A stretch of DNA of 64,000 bases from Bacteroidia bacterium (GTDB lineage Bacteria; Bacteroidota; Bacteroidia; AKYH767-A; OLB10). The notes below the pieces were generated by a model. That model saw nothing but the letters and a program-made list of their open reading frames with translations. It had not been told where the DNA came from and ran no database searches. Below, one piece after another: positions 49,586 through 58,098 of the stretch. Numbering within the stretch: the first letter of the stretch is position 1; the number at the start of each line of letters is the position of its first letter. Both the position numbers and the translations under genes were made by a program. The stretch lies in NCBI GenBank assembly GCA_016788165.1, contig JAEUTH010000039.1:4267-68266 (forward strand). Direction: 5' to 3'.

Positions 49586-52036
49586 CTATTGCGCCATTGT
49601 TTTTGCAATAGCTTTCATCAGTTCGATGGTAACAAAAGGTTTACTAACCATACCATTAAAACCAGCTTGTTTAAACTCCGCTTCATCACCAATAAATACA
49701 CTGGCTGTAAGCGCAATTATGGGTATGGTAAGTTTTAATTCGTTGCGTATAATGTGAGTTGCTTCAAAGCCATTCATAACGGGCATATCCAGGTCAGTTA
49801 GTATGCAGGTGTTGGATAAATCGGTATGGATACGCAGGTGATCTATCAGTTCTTTTCCGTTTGTAAATGTTGTAACTGTTATATCTGTAAGTGCATGCTT
49901 AAGCAAGTCATGTGTTATGTGTAAGTTTTCAGGCAAATCATCAACTATGATTAGGTTTATTTTTTTGAGCTTTTTAACAAGCAATACGTTTGTATCGTTT
50001 TCGGTTTCGGGCAATGGTTCTGTTTGTCCAAAAGGAAACGAAATACTAAAAGTGCTTCCTATATCTGGCATACTTTCTACCTCTAAAGTACCTTTCATCA
50101 GGTCAACCAGTTGCTTGGTGATAGCAAGGCCCAACCCCGTACCACCATACTTTCGGGCAGTGGCTGCAGATGTTTGATGGTAAGCCATAAAAAGATTATT
50201 CAACTGGTCGGACGTCATTCCTATGCCTTCATCGCTTACCGAAACAATAAACACATTTTGTAATGCTTCATGATTTAAGCGTACTGTTATTGTGCCTTTT
50301 GGTGTAAATTTAATGGCATTGTTTATCAAATTAGTAAGCACTTGCATATACCGCAAGGGGTCAGCTTTTACGAAACAATCTGTTTCTACATTTCCTTCGA
50401 AAACCAATAGTTGGTTTTCGGTTTTCAGTTGTATTGATTGAGCAAGTATTACATCTTGTGTAGCCTGGTAAATATTAAATATTATTGATTCGAGGCTGAG
50501 TTTGCCTGCTTCAATTTTACTAAGGTCCAGGATATCGTTTATAATACCCAATAAATTTTTTGACGATCGTTGTGCGGTTTCCAGATACTTGCGGCTATCC
50601 GATAAATCATTTTGTTGCAATGCCAAATTTACCCCTCCTAAAACTGCATTCATAGGCGAGCGCAATTCATGGCTCATATTGGCTAAAAATTGTTGTTTAA
50701 ATTGCTCGCTTCGTATGGCGCGATTACGCTCATCATGGATGATTTTGTTTTTTTCGGCAAGCTGTTTATTCAGGCGTCCTCGATTTCTGAATCCCCAAAA
50801 AAGGATAATCCCAATTATGCCTGTTAATGCAAAAACGGCAATAAATGCATTTTTAATTACTTGTTGTTTCTCATTGTCTTTCTGTAGCAATTCAATTTTC
50901 TTTTCTTTTTGGGTTACATTAAATTTTTGTTCCAGTTCAAGCGTGTTTTTATTACTTTCTTCATTCGTTACACTATCTTTTAATTGATTATATTTTTCCA
51001 ATGTGCGATAAGCTTTTTCCCATTGACCCATGTGTGTATATAAAATAGCGAGATACTTTTTAGTTGATAATTTAGTTCGTGTGAAACAATATTTCATTGC
51101 CAAACTATCGGCCTGAAAATATAGCAGCTCGGCTTCGTTATATTTTTTTTGTTGGTCTAAAACACTGGCTATATTTAATAATAATGATGCATACTGCTGG
51201 TCGGTGTGTGTGCTTTTTAAATGCGCAATACGAGATAGGTTATAGAAGTAAAGTGCACTATCTAAGTTATCCATTTCATTATAGTAGTTTCCTAAATTCA
51301 TGGTAGCTTGTGTGTACGATTTGGTGTCAGAAAATTTTATTGCCAGGGCTAAACCTTTATTAAAAAGCGCCAACGCTTCAGCAGGTTTGCCCAGCATAAA
51401 AAATAAAGCACCACAAGAGCTGTAATTTTTTGAAAGATGCTGGGTTAAATTATTTTGTTCCAATACGGTAATGCACTTTTTGCAATACTCCAAAGCTTTT
51501 TCTGGCTGCTGTAAATCCATCATTACACCACCCATAGTATAATAAAGCTGCGAACGTTTCAATGCTTCATCAGGAGGGTTTGCATAGTTTTCAGCTTTTA
51601 GTAATGCTTGCATACTTTTCTGAAAATCGCCATTTTTCCAATAAGCATTGCCTAACTGTATGTAACATTCAAACATTAAACGAGGCGGTGTACCATTATC
51701 AAATTTGCTAGTGCATGCAGTTAAATAATACAGGGCACTGTCATTGTTTTCAAATGTAAAATGCAGGGTGCCGAGTTGCGATAAAAACTCGGTTTCGTAC
51801 AAAATGTTTTTTTGTAAACGTGCATTGTCTAAACCTATATGCAAATAGGTTAACGACAGCGAAGTATCAAACTGCAGATAAAGTTGGGATAGTTGTAACC
51901 AGGAATTGTATTTTACCGTTTCAACATTAGTTGTTGAAACAACTTGTTTCAAACTGTCGATGGATTTTGTACTTGGTTGTGCCCATATATAAACTGCAAA
52001 AAACACAAACAGACATGTTGTTCGAATACGTTTCAA
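49586..52036 (-). CDS. hybrid sensor histidine kinase/response regulator with an N-terminal periplasmic TPR region
   Basis: Signal peptide. About 350 aa of TPR-like repeats, a coiled-coil and one TM helix (AFIAVFALTGIIGIILFWGF). H-box MSHELRSPMNAV, G1 DEGIGM, G2 GGTGLGLAI. Receiver domain (IIVDD...DLDMPVMNG...ALTAS). TTG start. Confidence 0.9.
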   Translation of the reverse strand: MKRIRTTCLFVFFAVYIWAQPSTKSIDSLKQVVSTTNVETVKYNSWLQLSQLYLQFDTSLSLTYLHIGLDNARLQKNILYETEFLSQLGTLHFTFENNDSALYYLTACTSKFDNGTPPRLMFECYIQLGNAYWKNGDFQKSMQALLKAENYANPPDEALKRSQLYYTMGGVMMDLQQPEKALEYCKKCITVLEQNNLTQHLSKNYSSCGALFFMLGKPAEALALFNKGLALAIKFSDTKSYTQATMNLGNYYNEMDNLDSALYFYNLSRIAHLKSTHTDQQYASLLLNIASVLDQQKKYNEAELLYFQADSLAMKYCFTRTKLSTKKYLAILYTHMGQWEKAYRTLEKYNQLKDSVTNEESNKNTLELEQKFNVTQKEKKIELLQKDNEKQQVIKNAFIAVFALTGIIGIILFWGFRNRGRLNKQLAEKNKIIHDERNRAIRSEQFKQQFLANMSHELRSPMNAVLGGVNLALQQNDLSDSRKYLETAQRSSKNLLGIINDILDLSKIEAGKLSLESIIFNIYQATQDVILAQSIQLKTENQLLVFEGNVETDCFVKADPLRYMQVLTNLINNAIKFTPKGTITVRLNHEALQNVFIVSVSDEGIGMTSDQLNNLFMAYHQTSAATARKYGGTGLGLAITKQLVDLMKGTLEVESMPDIGSTFSISFPFGQTEPLPETENDTNVLLVKKLKKINLIIVDDLPENLHITHDLLKHALTDITVTTFTNGKELIDHLRIHTDLSNTCILTDLDMPVMNGFEATHIIRNELKLTIPIIALTASVFIGDEAEFKQAGFNGMVSKPFVTIELMKAIAKTMAQ

Positions 52037-52343
52037 AGCCTATTGTTTTAATGTGTGAAAAATATGGTTTTTAAATGCAGCACGCTGCATGCATGCCCGT
52101 TTACATGTACAAATAATTAATTGTAAGCTGAAAAAGCAATGCCAACAACGAAAAACGAAATAGCGATTTGCTGGCATTAAAACAGCATTTTGGAATTGAA
52201 AAATGTACTTCTGCTGTATTACCCAAATAAACTGTTGTTGTTTGAAATAGTGAAAAATTAGAAAGCAAGCTGTAGCGTAACAAAAAAAACACAAAACAAC
52301 TATTGATGTCAGCAAAATCCACAAAATTAAATACGATTAAAGC

Positions 52344-53456
52344 TTAAGCCATTGCTTCTAATAAACGCATGTAATCCGACTTAAAAGCCTCTTTGCTAAA
52401 ATGTTGTTGTGCCAGTATTTTGTTATGGTTTTTTTGCGCAACGCTTGATTTTAATAAAATGGTTTTACTGCCAGGCTCCCAAACTATGCCACAATTATTT
52501 TGTTGAACAAAGGCAGTGTAATCGCCTAATTTTTCACTGATAAGTACATCCAGCCCGGCCGATAAATATTCGGCAAATTTAGTGGGCGATGCCACTTCGT
52601 TGGTAACGGTTTGTTCTCTGATTAAGATGCCATAGTCGCAGCGTTCTAATATTTGCAATACTTGTTCATGTGGTAACCACATGTGTTTTACCTGATTGGG
52701 AAATGATTGCTTTAATGTTTCGATGGATGTATTTGTTTTGCTTAAAAACAAAACCTGGTGGTTAACCGTCTGAGTTAAAACATCGTTTAAAAAAAGCTTC
52801 AGCAAATCAAACGATTGCCAACCTGCAACCGACCCTGCATAAACTAATACAATTTCATGCGGGTGATAGGGCCAGGCAATGTCAATGTTGTTAAATGTTT
52901 TTTCGAAACTAATGGTGCAAGGAATAATAACATGTTGTTTGCTATTATAGCCATAACGGTTATGCCAGTAATGAACTAAAGGATTTGAAACAGCTAAACG
53001 AAAATCGGACTGAAGCACCGCTGTTTTTTCAATCTCATTAATTTCGGATTTTAATTTTTTATTAGGCATTACATCATATTCATTCCACTCGGCAGCAATT
53101 GCACCACGCCCATCAAGCGCAATTTTTTTAATAAGGCCTGTTTTTTTTACCGCTAAGGCCAAATTAACTGCCATTGCATTTCGGGCAATAATGTTTCGTT
53201 GCTTGGTTAGTAAACAAATAACAGCCAGTGTTAATAAATTGAAGCGCCATAGGTGTATGGTTGGATACATAGGTACCACCCAACAATCATTAATTTGATT
53301 TTTAATGATAACTCTGTTTTTAAAGTAGCCGCGTACAGAAATAAATGCAAGGCATATTATACGTTGCTTGGTTAATGTACGGCAGTACTTAACCACATCA
53401 AATACCTGACTGCTTAATACGCCCGAAGGTGCATCGCCAAAGGATAGAAACAACAT
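52344..53456 (-). CDS. glycosyltransferase, GT-B fold (GT4-like), divergent
   Basis: The C-terminal half resembles GT4 nucleotide-sugar binding regions (VLVYAGSVAGWQ..., E...SPTKFAEYLSAGLDVLIS). The N-terminal half is divergent. It lies 16 nt downstream of the DHS-like gene. Confidence 0.55.
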   Translation of the reverse strand: MLFLSFGDAPSGVLSSQVFDVVKYCRTLTKQRIICLAFISVRGYFKNRVIIKNQINDCWVVPMYPTIHLWRFNLLTLAVICLLTKQRNIIARNAMAVNLALAVKKTGLIKKIALDGRGAIAAEWNEYDVMPNKKLKSEINEIEKTAVLQSDFRLAVSNPLVHYWHNRYGYNSKQHVIIPCTISFEKTFNNIDIAWPYHPHEIVLVYAGSVAGWQSFDLLKLFLNDVLTQTVNHQVLFLSKTNTSIETLKQSFPNQVKHMWLPHEQVLQILERCDYGILIREQTVTNEVASPTKFAEYLSAGLDVLISEKLGDYTAFVQQNNCGIVWEPGSKTILLKSSVAQKNHNKILAQQHFSKEAFKSDYMRLLEAMA

Positions 53457-53472
53457 AAAGGCTGACGGATGT

Positions 53473-54441
53473 TTATTGTCCTAAAATCCAGGCAAATATT
53501 AGCGGTGCCACAATAGTTGCATCGCTTTCTACAATAAACTTGGGTGTGGTAATATCTAACTTACCCCATGTAATTTTTTCATTTGGTACGGCACCACTGT
53601 ACGAACCATAGCTGGTTGTGCTATCACTAATCTGGCAGAAATAACTCCAAAAAGGCACATCGTGCCATTCCAAATCCTGATACATCATGGGCACTACACA
53701 AATTGGAAAATCGCCTGCAATACCGCCACCAATCTGAAAAAAGCCTACACCTTTACCGGCCGAGTTGTTGCGATACCAATCAGCTAACCACACCATATAC
53801 TCAATACCGCTTTTCATGGTTGATGCTTTAAGCTGGTTTTTAATACAGTAAGAAGCAAAAATATTGCCCATGGTGCTGTCTTCCCAACCGGGTACTACAA
53901 TAGGTATGTTTTTTTGTGCTGCCGCTAACATCCAACTGTCCTTAGGGTCTATTTCATAATACTGCTCCAACTCGCCACTAAGCAATATTTTATACATGTA
54001 TTCATGCGGGAAATAGCGCTCACCGGCATCTTCGGCATTTTTCCAAACACCGTATATATGTTTTTGCAAACGTCTGAATGCTTCTTCTTCGGGAATACAA
54101 GTATCTGTTACGCGGTTGTAATGATTTTCAAGTAAATCCCATTCTTCTTGTGGGCTCAGGTCGCGGTAGTTAGGTACACGTTTGTAATGTGAGTGTGCAA
54201 CTAAGTTCATTAAGTCTTCTTCCAGATTGGCACCCGTGCATGATATTATTTGCACTTTATCTTGTCTGATCATTTCTGCTAATGAAATACCTAATTCACC
54301 TGTGCTCATGGCTCCTGCTAAGGTTATCATCATTTTACCACCTTCATTCATGTGTGTAACGTAGGCTTTCGAAGCATCCATCATTGCAGCAGCATTGAAG
54401 TGCCGGTAGTTGCGCTCCATAAATTTCGAAATCGGTCCCAT
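53473..54441 (-). CDS. deoxyhypusine synthase family protein (bacterial DHS-like)
   Basis: 322 aa. LAGAMSTGELG, CTGANLEEDL, GGGIAGDF, and a C-terminal ITWGKL motif matching the catalytic-lysine motif (SWGK) of eukaryotic DHS. Confidence 0.8.
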   Translation of the reverse strand: MGPISKFMERNYRHFNAAAMMDASKAYVTHMNEGGKMMITLAGAMSTGELGISLAEMIRQDKVQIISCTGANLEEDLMNLVAHSHYKRVPNYRDLSPQEEWDLLENHYNRVTDTCIPEEEAFRRLQKHIYGVWKNAEDAGERYFPHEYMYKILLSGELEQYYEIDPKDSWMLAAAQKNIPIVVPGWEDSTMGNIFASYCIKNQLKASTMKSGIEYMVWLADWYRNNSAGKGVGFFQIGGGIAGDFPICVVPMMYQDLEWHDVPFWSYFCQISDSTTSYGSYSGAVPNEKITWGKLDITTPKFIVESDATIVAPLIFAWILGQ

Positions 54442-54495
54442 AATCTATTTGTTTTTTAAAATAAACGGTTAATCCCATTTGTTATAATGGGGCGC

Positions 54496-54503
54496 CAAAT
54501 ATA
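54496..54503 (-). promoter_or_regulatory. putative -7 box TATATTTG (minus strand)
   Basis: The plus strand reads CAAATATA, 54 nt upstream of ATG 54441, in the 83-nt gap after the GNAT gene. Confidence 0.4.
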
Positions 54504-54524
54504 GAAAATTTACTGTGGTAGTAA

Positions 54525-55007
54525 TCAGGCCAAAGTGCGCAACATCCAAATGCTGCAAGCATTATGACCGGTGTGTGCCAATGGTGCTTCTAATGTTTCG
54601 AAATGCTTTTGTTGGTAAAACTGTATGGCCCTTTTTAGTTCAGGCATGGTTTCTAAATACATGGATGTGTAACCGTATTCTTTTGCTGTGTTTATACAAA
54701 CAGTTAATAGTTTGGATGCTAATCCTAAATTGCGGTAAGCCGGGCTTAAATACATTTTTTGCAATTCGCAAATTTGTTTAACATCAGGTAATACACCAAT
54801 GCCGGCACCACCTGCTAATATACCATCAACCAAAACAATAAAATATGCATGGCCGGGTTGGGTGTAGTATTGGTACATGTAATTGGTTTGGGGGTCGGCA
54901 TAGGCTGTGCCGGGCCTGTTGCAATTAAACTCGGTTAATACATTGCGTACTATGGCACCTATGGCATCGTTATCGTTTGGTTCTATTTTTCGAAGTACGA
55001 TTTCCAC
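54525..55007 (-). CDS. GNAT family N-acetyltransferase
   Basis: 160 aa. Acetyl-CoA binding motif region QKMYLSPAYRNLGLASKLL. GTG start 10 nt after the upstream stop. Confidence 0.8.
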   Translation of the reverse strand: MEIVLRKIEPNDNDAIGAIVRNVLTEFNCNRPGTAYADPQTNYMYQYYTQPGHAYFIVLVDGILAGGAGIGVLPDVKQICELQKMYLSPAYRNLGLASKLLTVCINTAKEYGYTSMYLETMPELKRAIQFYQQKHFETLEAPLAHTGHNACSIWMLRTLA

Positions 55008-55017
55008 TTTGTAATAA

Positions 55018-56454
55018 TTAGAGAGCCTTAGTAGTTGGCTTGGTGTTAATATGGTATAAGCGCAATGCTAATATGGCGGCTGTAAAGCCCCAAAAAGGAA
55101 TAGAAGCTTTTTCAGTATGTAAAAAGTTATTTAAAAAACCATGTACCCAGTAGGTTATCATGCCTAATAGTAAACCAATAGCCCAAATGCGCAAACCGTT
55201 ATCATTTGTTTGTATTATAAATTGCGATGCAGTTACAACCGTTGCAATGGCTATTGCAACAAACAACAGGGTGGCCGGCCAACCTTGCTCGGCTAATGGA
55301 TTTAGATATTCGCTATGTGCATTGCCACGGTTGCCTTGTTTGGTGCTTATGTACGTTGTTTGATTGTATTGTTGAAAAGGGCCGTAAACAAATTGATATG
55401 TACCCGGGCCCCAGCCTACCCAAGGTTTTTCTTCAAATAATTTTATGGCACAACTCCAGCGGTTGATACGTTCTACATTTGATGCATCGGTTTTAATATT
55501 GGTTGCCGATTTTATATGCGAAAGCATATTATCGTCAGAAGCTTCTTTATTGGTTTCGAAGTTTAGAATTAATGATGACAAATTGATAAGCACCAAAACA
55601 ACAAAGCCAATAATAGCTGCATAGACCAATGTGGTATGAATCCTGAAAATAAAAATGATTGAACAGGCTGTAGCGGCTATTAAACCCAACCAGGCAGCAC
55701 GGGTGTAACTTAAAATCATGCCCGTTGCTAAAATGGCAAAAATTAAAAACAACAATGGTTTTTGGTTTGTATTTGTAAAACGGCTAAGGAGCAAGACTGA
55801 CACTAATGGCAAAAACATGGCAATCATGGCAGCGTATTGGGTATGGTCGTAGTAAAAGGGTGTCATGGCACTGTGGGCAGCTGCCTCAGTAAAATGCTCG
55901 CTGGCATGGTTAAAGGTTGTATAACCAATAACAATTAGTAACGATGCCAGGTATAGCCAAACAAATTTTTTAATATTAGCAACATCTGAAAACAATGGAA
56001 CTGCATAAAGAAAAAACACTGTTACAAAACACAATCGGCCTAACGTAAATTTAAAACTGACTAATGGTAATTGACTGGTTAGGGTAGTAATTAGCATCCA
56101 AACCAAATGCAATAAAATAAGTATGGTTAATGGATGAAATAAGAAGCGTTTGGGAATACCGCCATCCATAATAATTTTGAAAAATGCTATTAGCATTAAA
56201 CCAAATGATATAGGTTCGGTAGGGATGTTAATGCCAAAACCTAAAGGGGTTTCGTCAAAATTTATGGATAGCGGAACAATAAAAACCAGTAGAAAAAACA
56301 ACTGCCTAGTATAAACTAAACTTGCCATGGCAACCAGTAATAAAACCGGTAACAAGTAAAACCAATAAAATGTTTTTACACTAAAATATACAAGCAATAC
56401 CAGAAACAATGCACATGCTGTATAAAAAGGTTTTTTATCGGCTAAGGCTATCAA
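55018..56454 (-). CDS. O-antigen ligase / Wzy_C family membrane protein
   Basis: About 12 TM helices. Wzy_C-like loop LSYTRAAWLGLIAA, plus a periplasmic loop and C-terminal helices. TTG start 12 nt after the upstream stop. Confidence 0.75.
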   Translation of the reverse strand: MIALADKKPFYTACALFLVLLVYFSVKTFYWFYLLPVLLLVAMASLVYTRQLFFLLVFIVPLSINFDETPLGFGINIPTEPISFGLMLIAFFKIIMDGGIPKRFLFHPLTILILLHLVWMLITTLTSQLPLVSFKFTLGRLCFVTVFFLYAVPLFSDVANIKKFVWLYLASLLIVIGYTTFNHASEHFTEAAAHSAMTPFYYDHTQYAAMIAMFLPLVSVLLLSRFTNTNQKPLLFLIFAILATGMILSYTRAAWLGLIAATACSIIFIFRIHTTLVYAAIIGFVVLVLINLSSLILNFETNKEASDDNMLSHIKSATNIKTDASNVERINRWSCAIKLFEEKPWVGWGPGTYQFVYGPFQQYNQTTYISTKQGNRGNAHSEYLNPLAEQGWPATLLFVAIAIATVVTASQFIIQTNDNGLRIWAIGLLLGMITYWVHGFLNNFLHTEKASIPFWGFTAAILALRLYHINTKPTTKAL

Positions 56455-56466
56455 CGCAATTCTATT

Positions 56467-57435
56467 TTATGCATTCGAATTTTTAAGCGTATGCTTGCGA
56501 TACGATTCGATAATGAGTATGGTAATTAAAGCAAACAGTAGGGCACTTGCAGTTAATCCCATTATAATGAGTGTACCTTTGGGTGTGTCTTTTTTTTCGG
56601 CTACCTGTGCTTTGGAAACTACTGTGGTATAGGTTAGTTTTTTATTTGCATCGCTTATGGCTTGCTGATAATCTTTTTTAGTGTCGTTATAAAATCCGCG
56701 TAAGCGAAATAAATGTTCGGTTAATGCAAACTCCTGGCCACCATGTTCTTGTAAATTTTTAAACTGATCTTTTACAAAAGCACTTTGCGCACCGCCATTT
56801 TTATACATCACTTTGCTTATTGCTTTAACCTGTGATTCAAAATTAATAATACCATAATTTAATTTGATGTTTTGCAAAGCGATTTCAGCACTATCCATTT
56901 CTGCTTTACGCAATGCTAATTTCTGTTCAAACAATGTAATTACTTCATTAAACTTCTGACGGTGTAAATTGCTTATAGCAATATTATTGGCAGCTATTAA
57001 AGTATCGCACATGGCTGCGGCAAACTTCGGGTCTTCGTCCCAGCAATCAATTTCAATTGATTCGTATTGCGTACGGCTTATGCTCATGTTTTCGCTTAAA
57101 CGTTGCGATAAGTAGGTATAGGCCAAAGGCGATTTGGGATCGATGTTATAGTGGCCGTAAAGGTTTAGTTTTTCGATAAATAGCTTACGCACTTCTTCGC
57201 TCTGCAAAAACTGAAGCATAGTTTCGGTAGCGCTTTCGGTGGCATACGGTGCAATGTTGCTTGGAAATACAACGGTGGCCGATTTGAAACGCGGTTTCAT
57301 TATAAACGGGCGTGTTATTACAAAACCGGCCACGGCAGCAATTACAGCCGTTACCATTAACTGTTTTTTCCACTTTAAAACAATTTTAAGTAATCCAATA
57401 AAGTCAAGCTGGGAGCTGTATTTTTCGTTTTCCAT
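56467..57435 (-). CDS. Wzz-like polysaccharide chain-length determinant family protein
   Basis: N-terminal TM helix (LMVTAVIAAVAGFVI), a long coiled-coil periplasmic region and a C-terminal TM helix (IIMGLTASALLFALITILII). Start set to ATG 57435 because a -7 box overlaps the upstream TTG (57462). Confidence 0.65.
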   Translation of the reverse strand: MENEKYSSQLDFIGLLKIVLKWKKQLMVTAVIAAVAGFVITRPFIMKPRFKSATVVFPSNIAPYATESATETMLQFLQSEEVRKLFIEKLNLYGHYNIDPKSPLAYTYLSQRLSENMSISRTQYESIEIDCWDEDPKFAAAMCDTLIAANNIAISNLHRQKFNEVITLFEQKLALRKAEMDSAEIALQNIKLNYGIINFESQVKAISKVMYKNGGAQSAFVKDQFKNLQEHGGQEFALTEHLFRLRGFYNDTKKDYQQAISDANKKLTYTTVVSKAQVAEKKDTPKGTLIIMGLTASALLFALITILIIESYRKHTLKNSNA

Positions 57436-57459
57436 CAACCGGTTATTTTTTTGAGGCGC

Positions 57460-57467
57460 CAAAAATA
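57460..57467 (-). promoter_or_regulatory. putative -7 box TATTTTTG (minus strand)
   Basis: The plus strand reads CAAAAATA, 24 nt upstream of ATG 57435. Confidence 0.4.
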
Positions 57468-57501
57468 GAAAAAGCCTACTATGCTACAATGCAGCATTTG
57501 C

Positions 57502-58098
57502 TTACTGCTTCCATTGCAAAGTATGTATAAGTTGTTCAATATCTTTTTTGCAAAATTCGATTACCGGTGCCAATGAATCGCTTTGTGGAGGGCAGTTAAA
57601 ATATAATGCACCTCGTAAAAAGTGTGTGGTACTATCGGTTAAAAAAAACTGAATGCTGCTGGCAGCATTGCCGCTTATAAGATACATCAATCCGCCCGAC
57701 TGGCCATCGTTGCTGGTTATAAGCACTTCGTCAATGCCATTAGCTTTTACAGCATGTTTGTAGGCTAATGTGCGGCAGTTTTCTATATGCGTAATCACAT
57801 CATTATGTATGGGCAAATAAGTTAGGTTTATTTTGCCTTGCAAACCAGGGTAATTGATGTCGTACCAGCAGGGTTCGGCTTTTGCACGGTTGTCGGCTTC
57901 AATTACTGTAAAGGCGGGCACATCGAAGGCAAACGGGCATTTGGCCGGGTTAAATGGGATGTATTTTTTTTCGGGCAAGTCAATTCGAAAGTAACCTATT
58001 GGCTTGGGTGTGTAATGGTTGTTACACCCAAATAATAATAGGCTTGTAGCAAAAAGTATATGATCAATTTTTGCCTTAATTTTTTTTTTGTTAAACAT
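57502..58098 (-). CDS. gldD: gliding motility lipoprotein GldD
   Basis: 198 aa. Lipobox LLLFGC, then PKPIGYFRIDLPEKKY. Its start overlaps the stop of the gldE-like gene (ATGTTTAA), the arrangement known for gldE-gldD. Confidence 0.72.
   Translation of the reverse strand: MFNKKKIKAKIDHILFATSLLLFGCNNHYTPKPIGYFRIDLPEKKYIPFNPAKCPFAFDVPAFTVIEADNRAKAEPCWYDINYPGLQGKINLTYLPIHNDVITHIENCRTLAYKHAVKANGIDEVLITSNDGQSGGLMYLISGNAASSIQFFLTDSTTHFLRGALYFNCPPQSDSLAPVIEFCKKDIEQLIHTLQWKQ

Noticed and set aside
52040-52324. 94-aa and 73-aa overlapping minus-strand ORFs between the glycosyltransferase and the kinase
   Set aside because: The two frames overlap each other. The products are Phe/Cys/Leu-rich with no signal peptide logic or motifs. 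They were not called as CDS and are kept only as a low-interest finding.
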